Part shown: one piece after another, positions 36,680 through 46,682 of the stretch
Layout of the letters: each line of letters begins with the position of its first letter
Numbering within the stretch: position 1 is the stretch's first letter
Source: Candidatus Izemoplasmatales bacterium
Lineage (GTDB): Bacteria; Bacillota_I; Bacilli_A; Izemoplasmatales; Hujiaoplasmataceae
DNA length: 64,000 nucleotides
Reading direction: 5' to 3'
NCBI GenBank assembly: GCA_034007385.1
Contig: JAVEQW010000001.1
Location: 38,504 to 102,503, forward strand
The notes under the pieces: model-generated
What the model was told of the DNA's origin: nothing
Databases searched by the model: none
Seen by the model: the letters and a program-made list of their open reading frames with translations, nothing else
Translations under genes and position numbers: made by a program

Positions 36680-39456
36680 TGAGTTTGAAAGAAAGAGTTG
36701 ACAATTTAATAAAAAACCCAGATAAAACGGGATTTTTAAAACTCTTGCCAGAACTGGAAACTGACAGTTCTTTGTATTTGAAACTCCTGTTTGAGTTTGT
36801 TAATTACTTGACTTTTTATAAAGACTATGATCAAATCATCAAAGTCTTGGAGCTTCCTTTAAAAAAGGATTTTATTCAAAGAAGAGAAGATCGCTTGGAA
36901 ATAGCCAATAAGTTATTGGTTATTTTACTGAAGATAGAAGATTTTTATTTGTTAAAAAGTGTTCTGGACACTCGAAAAGATTTGATTGTTAAAGAAAACG
37001 ATTTTCTAATGCAACAGTTTTATATGGCGGTTTGTTACGAAGGTTTAGATGAACTGGATTTAGCTATTTCAACTTTAGAAGGGATTAAAGATAACATTTC
37101 TAATGCAAATCTTGTGAACAAGTATTTGAAGTTATCGATGTTACTATTAAAGAAGGGTAGTTTAGACAGAAGTGAAGAGTATTATAAGCTAGCTTTGTTC
37201 TATGATAAAACTAGAAAAAACACGGCTTTTTTATTAGCTGAGTGTGACCTTTTGATAACTAAGAAAGCTTATTTAAAAGCGCTTGAAGTTTATGAAGATT
37301 ATTATATTAAAACAAAGAATAAGTATCGATATTTAGATCGTTATATCAATATCCAAATGGCACTTAATCAAGATGCAGAGGCTTATAGCTTTTATAAGAA
37401 GCATTTTGATGTTATGACAAAAGTTTTGTCAAAACAATCAAGACTGGCTTTTTATCAAGCTGCTTTGAATTTGGTTAAAAGATTAGGCAATTATCAAGAA
37501 GAAGCATTATTAGAAAGTTTAATTAAAGAGATTGAGGCTTCTTTTAGTGTGTTCTATGATAATTATAGCATTCTGTTAAAGTTAATTGATGAGTTCTACA
37601 ACAAGACTTTTATCGGTGAAAGAGAAGTCTTACGAGCTGTTTTTAAGAGTTTGGAAGAGACTGAAATCTTTAGTAAAATGGTGTATGTTAAAATTGATGC
37701 CAGCATGGCTAAACTTTATCATTATACAAAAGGATTGTTACTAGAGAAGGTTATTGAAAACTCTGAATCTGATAGTAATGTTTATCAAGATTTGTTAAAA
37801 AACAAGTTTCAAAATATATATGAAAAAGACCAAATAAAGGGATTTACTAACGATAAATTTATTGGAGATAAAACTAATACAATCTTTTTGGAGCAACTTA
37901 GAGATTTTGAATATCTTATTTTTTACTATGATAAAAATGACTTCTTTTATGCCAGAAAAACATTTGCTTTATCAGGTATTTTAATTAAAAAACTCTTTAA
38001 TGATATTGATAGGTTTTCTAGTAAAGTAGGTTTGTTAGATACTTTGTTAAAAGCTTTTGATGAAGAGAGTTACGGAGTTTTTGCCTTAAGGAACAATAAC
38101 ATGGAGTTGCTTAATCAAGAGGCCAAGAATTTACTAGGTATTGAAGAAGATTATATTGGGATTGAAAGATTTCAGAATCTTTTGGTGAAAAATGTTTATG
38201 TTGATGAGCTTTTGAACAAGGATAAAATAACTTTGAAAATTTCCAATAAAGAAGTATACTCAGTAGACTTTAAGATTTATAAGGATGAATTCAATCTGTA
38301 TTTAGTAGGCAAAAAAGCTTTTGTTAAGATGAAAAAACAAAAGTATTATAGTTTTGAGATGCTATCGGATGAATTGATTGATGGAGATTCTTCGATTATT
38401 TTGTTTAATTTGAGAAGTTATCATGAGTTATTTAAGGATTATTCGATTAAAAAATATCAAGATTTATTAAATTCTATTTATGATTCGATAAGATTGAGTT
38501 CGAGAAATTATTTCCAGAATCTTTTTCTTGAAGGAATGGATAATATTTACTTAGTAATCAAAACCAAGGATAAAAGAGTTATCAGTAGAATTATTGATGA
38601 TTTGTTTAGTTTAGTTGATCAAAGGATCGATCTAAGAGCTTCTTCATTGAACTTAAAAGCTAAAATCGATGAAGAAACCGTCTTGGATTTAAAGTATTTG
38701 GTTTCTGTCACAAGTGATGAGCATCGATATTTGTATGACAATAAAACCTTCAGATCTAATCGTGAAGTAGCTAGAACTATTCATTTGAACGTTCAGAAGA
38801 TCTTAAGTGAAGATAATATAAAGTTGAGTTATCAATTAATCGTTAATTGGCAAAGTGGAAGTTTTAAATACATTTATGTTGATGTTTTAAATAGGGTTTT
38901 ATTGGGAAATAAAGAATCGCTTAAAAGAGTGCTTGAGGCTAATAATTTAACCTCCAGTTGGGACAACTTAATTGTTGGCCAACTGGCTAAGGACGTAAGA
39001 CTTGCTAATGTCAATGCCAAGTATTTGGTTGATATTAGTTTAAAGACTTTGATTGAAAAGGATGAATTCACAAGTTTAAAGAAGAAATTATCTTTAAAGG
39101 CTTTCAGTAAATCCGAAATCTATTATTTGGTTGATTATAGTGAGTATTTGAAGTATAAACCGGTACTAAACTATGAACAAGTCATATTTAAAAATGTTTT
39201 AGATTCAACCAAATTATGTGATATTGAAGCTTTGAAGAATATCAAAAGAGTTATAATGACCGAAACTGAGTTAAACAAACTAGGTGGGAAGTTATTGTTA
39301 AGTATTCTTAAAGAGAATTTATGTGAAGTCATCTATGACAATCAAAAAAGTGATTTACTGAAGAGTTTTTTAGTAAATAACAATTTGAATCTTGTTATGG
39401 GTGATAGTTTTAAAAGATACGATCAGTTGAAGAATATAGGAAAAAATGAGGATTAG
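36679..39456 (+). CDS. 925-aa helical-repeat (TPR-like) / PAS-like / degenerate GGDEF / degenerate EAL protein
   Basis: TAATG overlap with the yfcE-like gene. The GGDEF-like block at res ~555-690 has EGMDN in place of GGDEF (nt 38530-38544). The EAL-like block at res ~715-915 starts LSYQLIVNWQSGSFKYIYVDVLNR, with VDV in place of EAL (nt 38878-38886). See findings. Confidence 0.65.
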   Translation: MSLKERVDNLIKNPDKTGFLKLLPELETDSSLYLKLLFEFVNYLTFYKDYDQIIKVLELPLKKDFIQRREDRLEIANKLLVILLKIEDFYLLKSVLDTRKDLIVKENDFLMQQFYMAVCYEGLDELDLAISTLEGIKDNISNANLVNKYLKLSMLLLKKGSLDRSEEYYKLALFYDKTRKNTAFLLAECDLLITKKAYLKALEVYEDYYIKTKNKYRYLDRYINIQMALNQDAEAYSFYKKHFDVMTKVLSKQSRLAFYQAALNLVKRLGNYQEEALLESLIKEIEASFSVFYDNYSILLKLIDEFYNKTFIGEREVLRAVFKSLEETEIFSKMVYVKIDASMAKLYHYTKGLLLEKVIENSESDSNVYQDLLKNKFQNIYEKDQIKGFTNDKFIGDKTNTIFLEQLRDFEYLIFYYDKNDFFYARKTFALSGILIKKLFNDIDRFSSKVGLLDTLLKAFDEESYGVFALRNNNMELLNQEAKNLLGIEEDYIGIERFQNLLVKNVYVDELLNKDKITLKISNKEVYSVDFKIYKDEFNLYLVGKKAFVKMKKQKYYSFEMLSDELIDGDSSIILFNLRSYHELFKDYSIKKYQDLLNSIYDSIRLSSRNYFQNLFLEGMDNIYLVIKTKDKRVISRIIDDLFSLVDQRIDLRASSLNLKAKIDEETVLDLKYLVSVTSDEHRYLYDNKTFRSNREVARTIHLNVQKILSEDNIKLSYQLIVNWQSGSFKYIYVDVLNRVLLGNKESLKRVLEANNLTSSWDNLIVGQLAKDVRLANVNAKYLVDISLKTLIEKDEFTSLKKKLSLKAFSKSEIYYLVDYSEYLKYKPVLNYEQVIFKNVLDSTKLCDIEALKNIKRVIMTETELNKLGGKLLLSILKENLCEVIYDNQKSDLLKSFLVNNNLNLVMGDSFKRYDQLKNIGKNED

Positions 39457-39457
39457 T

Positions 39458-41146
39458 ATGAAAAAGAAATGGTGGATGACCACTAATATATATCAGATAT
39501 ACTTAAGAAGTTTTTATGATTCAAACAATGACGGCATCGGTGATTTAAAAGGCGTAATCGAAAAGCTCGAGTACTTAAAGGCATTAGGGATTGAAACGAT
39601 TTGGATTTCGCCGCATTATGATTCGCCGATGGATGATAATGGTTATGACGTCAGAGATTTTTTAAAGGTTAGTGAGGACTACGGCGATATACCTACTTTT
39701 AAAGCTCTGATTGAAAAAACAAGAGAACTGGATATGAAGGTTTTAATTGATTTGGTTTTAAATCATACCTCAGATGAGCATGAATGGTTCAAGATTGCTT
39801 GTGATAAGAATCATCCTTTATACGAGAAATACCATGATTATTTCATCTGGCATCCTGGAAAAGTAACAAGTGATGGCAAGAAAGAATTGCCAACAAGATG
39901 GGTCAGCTGGTTTGGTGGACCTACTTGGGATTATATTGAGAGTGTAGATGAGTATTACTTGCATATATTTTCCAAGAAAATGCCGGATTTAAACTGGCGT
40001 AATGAAGATATGAAAAATGATTTGAAGAAGATTATCAAGTTCTGGATTGATTTAGGAGTTGATGGATTCAGAGTTGACGCTGCGAATCATTTGGAAAAGA
40101 ATTGGGAGTTCCCCGATGGAGTTCCAGGTTATGAAAATTTTTCTTCTTTGCCAAAGCATCATGAATATATTAAAGAATTAGCTTTAGAGCTATTTGAACC
40201 ATATAATTTGTTGACATTAGGCGAAAGCGGCGGAGCTTCCAAAGAAGAGGTCAGAAAGTATGTTGGGTTTAACTCACATGAGTTTAACCTCCTAATTCAT
40301 TTTGGTCATTGCTGGGCAGATACAGGATATACCAATGATAGAATTTTAGGAAAATGGTCTAAGTCACAGTTAAGAGTTAATGATATTAAAAGAAGTTATG
40401 CTCATCAGTATGAAGTTGTTGGTGATCAAGGATTCAATTTGATTTATTGGCATAATCATGATCAACCTAGGGTAGTTTCACATTATGGAAATGTGAAAGA
40501 ATATCATCTAGAATCAGCCAAAATGTTAGCAATTACTTTATACTTCATGCCAGGAGTAGCGATTGTTTATCAGGGTGAAGAAATTGGTATGACGAATGTT
40601 TTATATGAAAATATCGAGGATTTCAGGGACGTTGAAGTCTTTACTGAATTTCAAAATATGCTAAACAACGGCGCATCACGAGCAGAAGCTCTACAGGCAA
40701 TCGTCGATAGATCAAGAGACAATGCAAGAACGCCAATGCAATGGGATGAAAGTCTAAATGGCGGGTTTTCTAAAGTAACCCCTTGGATTAATACAAATTA
40801 TAACTATAAAGAAATCAATGTCGCAAAACAAGAAAAGGATGAAGATTCAATTTTGAATACTTATCGATATATCTTGAATTTAAGAAGAAGCGATAGTGAA
40901 AATATTATCTTCGGTGAAATTGAATTTTTCAATATTGATGATAATGAAAGTTATTGTTATATCAATAGAGGTAATACATGCGATTATTTAGTAGTAGCTA
41001 ACTTCAGGGATTATGAAATCAATGTTTCTTTAAAAGATATTGATTTTAATGGTTTCAAGTATTTTTATGGTAGTGAAGCAAATTTAAAAGATAAGATGAA
41101 GCTCTCGCCTTATCAAGCGACTGTTTATAAACGAAAAAAGGCATAG
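39458..41146 (+). CDS. GH13 alpha-glucosidase (oligo-1,6-glucosidase/trehalose-6-P hydrolase-like)
   Basis: GH13_31-type motifs: DGIGDLKG, DLVLNHTSDEHEWF, GVDGFRVDAANHL, LGESGG and WHNHDQPR. ATG 39458 follows GAGGA and sits 1 nt after the upstream stop; the track start is 39446. Confidence 0.88.
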   Translation: MKKKWWMTTNIYQIYLRSFYDSNNDGIGDLKGVIEKLEYLKALGIETIWISPHYDSPMDDNGYDVRDFLKVSEDYGDIPTFKALIEKTRELDMKVLIDLVLNHTSDEHEWFKIACDKNHPLYEKYHDYFIWHPGKVTSDGKKELPTRWVSWFGGPTWDYIESVDEYYLHIFSKKMPDLNWRNEDMKNDLKKIIKFWIDLGVDGFRVDAANHLEKNWEFPDGVPGYENFSSLPKHHEYIKELALELFEPYNLLTLGESGGASKEEVRKYVGFNSHEFNLLIHFGHCWADTGYTNDRILGKWSKSQLRVNDIKRSYAHQYEVVGDQGFNLIYWHNHDQPRVVSHYGNVKEYHLESAKMLAITLYFMPGVAIVYQGEEIGMTNVLYENIEDFRDVEVFTEFQNMLNNGASRAEALQAIVDRSRDNARTPMQWDESLNGGFSKVTPWINTNYNYKEINVAKQEKDEDSILNTYRYILNLRRSDSENIIFGEIEFFNIDDNESYCYINRGNTCDYLVVANFRDYEINVSLKDIDFNGFKYFYGSEANLKDKMKLSPYQATVYKRKKA

Positions 41147-41165
41147 TGTTCTATGTCTTTTGATT
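41139..41165 (+). terminator. Candidate terminator after the alpha-glucosidase gene
   Basis: AGGCATAG-TGTT-CTATGTCT (8 bp, one G-U) followed by TTTTGATTT. Confidence 0.45.
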
Positions 41166-41235
41166 TAGGGATATAAAATCTTTTTATTTTTATGATAATA
41201 TGATAAAATACTTTATAGAAATTAGGTGTTTTTAG

Positions 41236-41619
41236 ATGATGAAAAGAAGAGAATTTAGAGAAACTTTGGTCAAGTTGATATATCAAGATATTTTAGGCGG
41301 TGAATATTCACTGCTTGATTTTGATGAGGAAGTAAAAGAAACCTTAAATAAGGTTCAGGAAAACTATGGAAAGTTAGACGCGGTTTTGGAAAAAAACCTT
41401 TCAGGTTGGACGATTGATCGCTTAAATTACGTTGATTTAGCGATTATCAGATACGCTATCTTTGAAATGATGTTTAGCGAAACTCCTGAAAGAATCATTA
41501 TCAATGAAGCTTTGGAAATAACCAAGAAGTATACCAATTTAGATGATGATCAAGAGAAGAAGTTCAATAACCGCCTTTTACAGAACGTCAAGGAGTATTT
41601 AGATAAAAATCATGGTTAG
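41236..41619 (+). CDS. nusB: Transcription antitermination factor NusB
   Basis: 127 aa with REFRETLVKLIYQ..., WTIDRLNYVDLAIIRYAIFEM and INEALEITKKY. Conserved position upstream of xseAB. Confidence 0.88.
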   Translation: MMKRREFRETLVKLIYQDILGGEYSLLDFDEEVKETLNKVQENYGKLDAVLEKNLSGWTIDRLNYVDLAIIRYAIFEMMFSETPERIIINEALEITKKYTNLDDDQEKKFNNRLLQNVKEYLDKNHG

Positions 41620-42886
41620 GCAATATCTTACGGTTTCAGCGTTAAACCGTTATTTAAAGTTTAAACTTGATAATGACTCTGAATTACAAAACATTCTTTT
41701 AAAAGCCGAAATTTCTAATTTTAAGCGGCATTCGAGAGGACACTTGTATTTATCGTTGAAAGATGATTCGTCTTCTATAAGCGCAATTATGTTCGTTTCC
41801 AATACTGCTAGACTAAACTTTAATCCTAAAGATGGAGACAAGGTTATAGTTGAAGGTTATATTTCCGTTTACGAAGCATATGGTACTTACCAAGTCTATA
41901 TACAAAAGATGGATTTAGACGGAGTAGGTGATTTGTATCTTGCTTATGAAAAACTCAAAGAGGAGTTGGAAAAAAAGGGATATTTTCAAGCTTCTCATAA
42001 AAAAACTTTACCTAGATTTCCTAAGACGGTTGGAGTTGTAACTTCACCTACGGGAGCGGCTGTTCGCGATATTATTAATGTAATTGAGAGTAGATTTCCA
42101 TTAACTAAAATTATTATCTATCCAGCGCTTGTTCAAGGAATTAACGCTAAAGAATCGATAGCGGAACAAATTGAAAAAGCTAATCAAAACGGTTTGTGTG
42201 ATGTTTTGATTGTCGGTAGAGGCGGCGGATCGATTGAAGATTTATGGGCGTTCAATGAAGAGAAAGTCGCAAAAGCTATTTATGATTCTGAAATTCCTAT
42301 TATTAGTGCAGTCGGTCATGAGACTGATTTCACTATAGCTGATTTTGTGGCTGATGTGAGAGCTTCGACACCATCACACGCAGCTGAGATAGCAGTTAGA
42401 AATTATCGCGATATTTCAGTCGATATTGATAGTCTAAAAAACAGATTGAAGAATTCTTTAGTTAATCTTTATAATAGTTCGTTGAGACATTATCAAACAG
42501 TTGTAAACAGAAATGTTTTAAAAAATCCAAAACGTTTGATTGAGACTAAAGAGTTATATTTTTCTAATATCTATGACAGGTTAGTTAAGGTTAGTCCTTT
42601 GAACGTTATAAGTCTTAGAAAAGATAAGGTTATCGGTTTTGAAAAGCAGCTGCGGTCCGATTATAAGTATCAATTGAACCAAATTCAATCCGATTATCAG
42701 CATTTATTGGAGAAATTAGAACTTGTAAATCCGCTTAATATCATGAAAAAAGGTTTTGCGATTGTGAGACAAGATGATTTGATCAAGAAGCATTTTAATG
42801 AGATTGATAAAGCAAAAGATATAAACATTGAAATTACTGGTGGCGAAATAATCGCTAGTATTAAGGATATGAGAGGTAAAGAATAA
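41612..42886 (+). CDS. xseA: Exodeoxyribonuclease VII large subunit
   Basis: OB-fold N-terminus (LTVSALNRYLKFKLDNDSELQNILLKAEISNFKRHSRGHLYLSLKD), then VITSPTGAAVRD, RGGGSIEDLWAFNEE and SAVGHETDFTIADFVAD. Confidence 0.93.
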   Translation: MVRQYLTVSALNRYLKFKLDNDSELQNILLKAEISNFKRHSRGHLYLSLKDDSSSISAIMFVSNTARLNFNPKDGDKVIVEGYISVYEAYGTYQVYIQKMDLDGVGDLYLAYEKLKEELEKKGYFQASHKKTLPRFPKTVGVVTSPTGAAVRDIINVIESRFPLTKIIIYPALVQGINAKESIAEQIEKANQNGLCDVLIVGRGGGSIEDLWAFNEEKVAKAIYDSEIPIISAVGHETDFTIADFVADVRASTPSHAAEIAVRNYRDISVDIDSLKNRLKNSLVNLYNSSLRHYQTVVNRNVLKNPKRLIETKELYFSNIYDRLVKVSPLNVISLRKDKVIGFEKQLRSDYKYQLNQIQSDYQHLLEKLELVNPLNIMKKGFAIVRQDDLIKKHFNEIDKAKDINIEITGGEIIASIKDMRGKE

Positions 42887-43101
42887 TGGAAAAGTTAAGT
42901 TTTGAGGAAAATCTAAATAAACTTGAAGAATTGGTAAAAAAATTAGAATCTGGAGAAAACAGTTTAGATGAAGCTGTTAAACTATATCAAGAAGGTATCG
43001 CTTTGGCAAAAGTTTGTCATGAGGAGTTGAAACAAGCTGAAGAAGTGATTGTTAAATTAATGGATTCAAATGAGTTAGTAGACTTTAACAAGGAAAAATA
43101 A
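42886..43101 (+). CDS. xseB: Exodeoxyribonuclease VII small subunit
   Basis: 71 aa. FEENLNKLEELVKKLESGENSLDEAVKLYQEGIALAKVC is canonical XseB. ATGA-type overlap with xseA. Confidence 0.92.
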   Translation: MEKLSFEENLNKLEELVKKLESGENSLDEAVKLYQEGIALAKVCHEELKQAEEVIVKLMDSNELVDFNKEK

Positions 43102-43102
43102 C

Positions 43103-44938
43103 ATGGACTTAATGAAGATTCAAGACCCTTCGTTTTTAAAAACACTGTCAATAGAAGAAATGAATCAGTTAGCGAATGATATTCGCTTCTTTTTGATTGA
43201 CAGCATTTCTAAAACCGGTGGTCATCTTTCTTCCAATCTAGGTGTAGTTGAATTAACTATCGCCTTACATTATGTTTTTAACTCGCCAGAGGATAAGATT
43301 ATCTTTGACGTCGGACATCAATCATATGTGCATAAGATCTTAACCGGTAGAGCGAAAGACTTTGACCGTTTAAGAATGTATGAAGGCTTGAGCGGCTATC
43401 AAAAAAGAACTGAGTCAGAACATGATGCATGGGAGGCTGGACATTCGTCAACCGCTATTGCGGCAGTAGCTGGGTTTGAAGTCGCCAAAGAAATAAGCGG
43501 ATCAAATTCAAGAAATATTGCGGTTGTAGGTGATGGATCTCTAAATAGCGGTCTAAGTTTTGAGGCTTTAAATTATTTAGGACATAAGAACAATCTTGCG
43601 CCTATTATTATCTTGAACGACAACGAAATGAGTATTTCAAGAAATGTCGGTAGGTTGGCGAAGATCTTAAATAAAACCAGATCAGGTAAGTTTTATAATT
43701 ACGCTACAAAAACAAAGAGAAGATTACCGAAATTTATCTATCGCATGAAGGTTAGATTATCAAACATGATCCGAGGTTTTGCAAATAACTTGACGATTTT
43801 TGATGAACTTGGATTTTCATACTATGGTCCAATAGACGGACATGACATCAAGAACTTGATCAGATTCTTAAATCTGGTTAAACATAAAAATAAACCAGTC
43901 GTTTTACATGTAATCACAAAGAAGGGTATGGGTTATGAACCAGCCGAGAAAGATTCTTTGGGATTATGGCATGGCGTTGGCAAGTTTGATAAGGAAACAG
44001 GAGAGTTTTTAAGTAAAAATAAAGAAAACTATGAAAGTTGGAGTAATATCTTTAGTAATTACATCCTAGATTACGCCAAGGATAAGGAAGACTTTAAAGT
44101 AGTTATTCCAGCAATGATTACCGGCTCAGCTATGCTTGAGTTTGAGAGAAGGTATCCTGAAAAGATTATTGACGTCGGTATTTGTGAAAGTTTTGCGGTT
44201 TGTTTTTCAAGTGCATTAGCGCTAAATAATGTTAAGATTTATTTGCCGATTTATTCATCGTTTCTTCAAAGGGCATATGATCAAGTGTTACATGACTTAG
44301 CAAGGCATAATGCAAAAATCGTTATTGGAATCGATAGAGCTGGAGTCGTAGGAGCTGATGGCGAAACGCATCAAGGAATCTATGATATCGCGTATTTAAA
44401 GCATATTCCAAATATTGAAATCGTTCAACCTTCGACGGCTTTAGAAGCTTATAGTTTATTAAATTACGCTTTCGAGAAGGCTGATAAGACAGTAGCTATC
44501 AGGTATTCTAGAAACTCGGTTATGAAGTATTTGGGTGAAGTTGTGCCTATGATTGATAGTGTTTCTTGGGTAATGGAAGATAACGTAGGTAAAGCTAATT
44601 TGATTGCTTATGGAGATAACTTTATGAGAATGAAAGATTATATTCAAGCAAAGAACCTACCAATAAATCTAATCAACGCGAGATTTATCAAGCCGATGGA
44701 TGTAATGATGTTGGAAGAGTTGTTAAAGAGCGAGTTGCCTTTATATGTTTTAGAGGATGTCACTAAAATTAGTGGATTGGGTTCTTCAATCCTAGAATTT
44801 ATGAGTGATAAAGGCATTAGTAAGGTTATTAGAATTTTTGGCTTACCCGATGAGTTTATCTTACAGGGAACTCAAGAAGAGATATATAAATTATATGGTT
44901 TAGACGAATTAACAATTGTTAATACAATCTTGAAATAG
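43103..44938 (+). CDS. dxs: 1-deoxy-D-xylulose-5-phosphate synthase
   Basis: Motifs GGHLSSNLGVVELTIALH, DVGHQSYVHKILTGR and GDGSLNSGLSFEALN. Transketolase-like pyrimidine-binding and C-terminal domains. Confidence 0.93.
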   Translation: MDLMKIQDPSFLKTLSIEEMNQLANDIRFFLIDSISKTGGHLSSNLGVVELTIALHYVFNSPEDKIIFDVGHQSYVHKILTGRAKDFDRLRMYEGLSGYQKRTESEHDAWEAGHSSTAIAAVAGFEVAKEISGSNSRNIAVVGDGSLNSGLSFEALNYLGHKNNLAPIIILNDNEMSISRNVGRLAKILNKTRSGKFYNYATKTKRRLPKFIYRMKVRLSNMIRGFANNLTIFDELGFSYYGPIDGHDIKNLIRFLNLVKHKNKPVVLHVITKKGMGYEPAEKDSLGLWHGVGKFDKETGEFLSKNKENYESWSNIFSNYILDYAKDKEDFKVVIPAMITGSAMLEFERRYPEKIIDVGICESFAVCFSSALALNNVKIYLPIYSSFLQRAYDQVLHDLARHNAKIVIGIDRAGVVGADGETHQGIYDIAYLKHIPNIEIVQPSTALEAYSLLNYAFEKADKTVAIRYSRNSVMKYLGEVVPMIDSVSWVMEDNVGKANLIAYGDNFMRMKDYIQAKNLPINLINARFIKPMDVMMLEELLKSELPLYVLEDVTKISGLGSSILEFMSDKGISKVIRIFGLPDEFILQGTQEEIYKLYGLDELTIVNTILK

Positions 44939-44946
44939 GAGAAAAT

Positions 44947-46626
44947 ATGCTTAAGAGTCTGGAAGTTAAGAACTTTGCGATTATCGATAATATCAAGTTA
45001 GACTTTTTTCAAGGTATGACGGTTTTGACCGGTGAAACCGGAGCAGGGAAAAGCATCATTGTTGATGCTATTTCTTTATTGCTGGGGGATAGGGCTTTAA
45101 AAGAAATGATTAGTTCAAAGTCTGAAACTGCTGAAATTATTGGCGTTTTCAGTATTGTTTCGAATGACATTAAACAGATATTAGATGCAAATAATCTTGA
45201 TTATGAAGATGATTTGACTGTTTATAGAATGATATCTAAAGACAAGAGCAACGTTGTTAAGATCAACAATCAAACTTCAAGTTTAAAGGTTTTGAAAGAC
45301 TTGGCGGTTTATTTAGCTGATATCCATTCGCAATTTGATACTTCCCAATTAATCAATCCTGAAAATTACTTAAATTTAGTAGATAACTTTAGACGAATGA
45401 GAATCTTACCTTTAATAGAGAAATATCAAACTTCTTTGACAGTTTATAAAGGAAAGATTAAAGATTACCAACAAACCATCAAATCTCGTGACGATAGTTT
45501 AAAGAAACTTGATCTATATAAATTTCAATTGAATGAGTTAAGCAACTTGGAACTAGATAAAGATGAATTTGTAAGAATTAGTGAAGAAGTTAATATCTTA
45601 AGCAATATTGATAAAATCAATACAATCTTAGAGAAAAGCAAATTCTATTTAAATGATGAGTTGTTACTGGAAAGACTTTACGAAATCAAAGATAACTTTG
45701 ATGATATATCCAAGTATTCTGAAGAGTTCAAAAACATTTCCGAACGTCTGAATAATCTCTATTACGAATTGGATGATCTGAATTCGTTAATTATTGATAA
45801 GAATGATTCGCTCGATTATAGTAAAAGCGACTTTGAAGAGATGCTTGAAAGAATTAATGATTTAGAGAAAATCCAGAAGAAATATGATAAAAATATTGAA
45901 GAATTAATTGACTATAAAGAATTCTTAAGGAAGGAAATCGATACGGTTGAAAATTTCGATGAGGTTTTAAACAAAAAAGCATCCGCAGTTAAAGATGCTT
46001 TTAAAGAAGTTTATCAAGATGCGATAAGTCTTCATGAGTTTAGAGAAGATATCGCTTTAAGAATAACTAAAGATATTGAAAATACTTTGGAAGAACTGGT
46101 AATTAAACATGCCCAGTTCAAAATAGTTGTTAGTAAAGTGGATGTTTTGGATGAGTTTGACGTATCTAGTTTTAGACAATATGGTTTGGACGAGATTGAG
46201 TTTTTGATTTCAACCAATAAGGGTGAACCGCTTAAGCCTTTGGCTAAAACTGCTTCAGGCGGTGAGATGAGCAGAGTGATGCTGGCTTTTAAAACTATTT
46301 TTGCTAGAAGTCAGAAAATTCCGACGATTGTTTTTGATGAGATTGATACAGGTATCAGTGGTTTCATCGCAAAACAAATCGCGAGAAAAATTCAAGAACT
46401 GTCAAAAATAACACAAGTAATTTCAATTACGCATATCCCGCAAGTAGTAGCTCAAGGTGAACATCATCTGTCTGTTATAAAAGCTATTCACAATAATCAA
46501 ACTTCAATTAGCGTTAAATATCTTAAGTATGAAGAAAGAATTGATGAAATCGCTAAAATGGTTTCAGGAGATAAAGTAACATCAGCAGCTAAGGATATTG
46601 CTAGAGAATTGTTGATGAATCCATAA
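44947..46626 (+). CDS. recN: DNA repair protein RecN
   Basis: N-terminal Walker A (LTGETGAGKSI), long coiled-coil, and C-terminal signature/Walker B (ASGGEMSRVMLA, VFDEIDTGISG). Confidence 0.93.
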   Translation: MLKSLEVKNFAIIDNIKLDFFQGMTVLTGETGAGKSIIVDAISLLLGDRALKEMISSKSETAEIIGVFSIVSNDIKQILDANNLDYEDDLTVYRMISKDKSNVVKINNQTSSLKVLKDLAVYLADIHSQFDTSQLINPENYLNLVDNFRRMRILPLIEKYQTSLTVYKGKIKDYQQTIKSRDDSLKKLDLYKFQLNELSNLELDKDEFVRISEEVNILSNIDKINTILEKSKFYLNDELLLERLYEIKDNFDDISKYSEEFKNISERLNNLYYELDDLNSLIIDKNDSLDYSKSDFEEMLERINDLEKIQKKYDKNIEELIDYKEFLRKEIDTVENFDEVLNKKASAVKDAFKEVYQDAISLHEFREDIALRITKDIENTLEELVIKHAQFKIVVSKVDVLDEFDVSSFRQYGLDEIEFLISTNKGEPLKPLAKTASGGEMSRVMLAFKTIFARSQKIPTIVFDEIDTGISGFIAKQIARKIQELSKITQVISITHIPQVVAQGEHHLSVIKAIHNNQTSISVKYLKYEERIDEIAKMVSGDKVTSAAKDIARELLMNP

Positions 46627-46633
46627 AAGAAAA

Positions 46634-46667
46634 AACACTGTCATTGTTTGACAGTGTTAATTTTTTA
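46634..46667. terminator. Bidirectional terminator between recN (+) and the small minus-strand ORF
   Basis: Perfect 10-bp stem AACACTGTCA / TGACAGTGTT, 5-nt loop. A-run upstream and TTTTTT downstream. Confidence 0.75.
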
Positions 46668-46682
46668 TAGGATATTTTAAGA

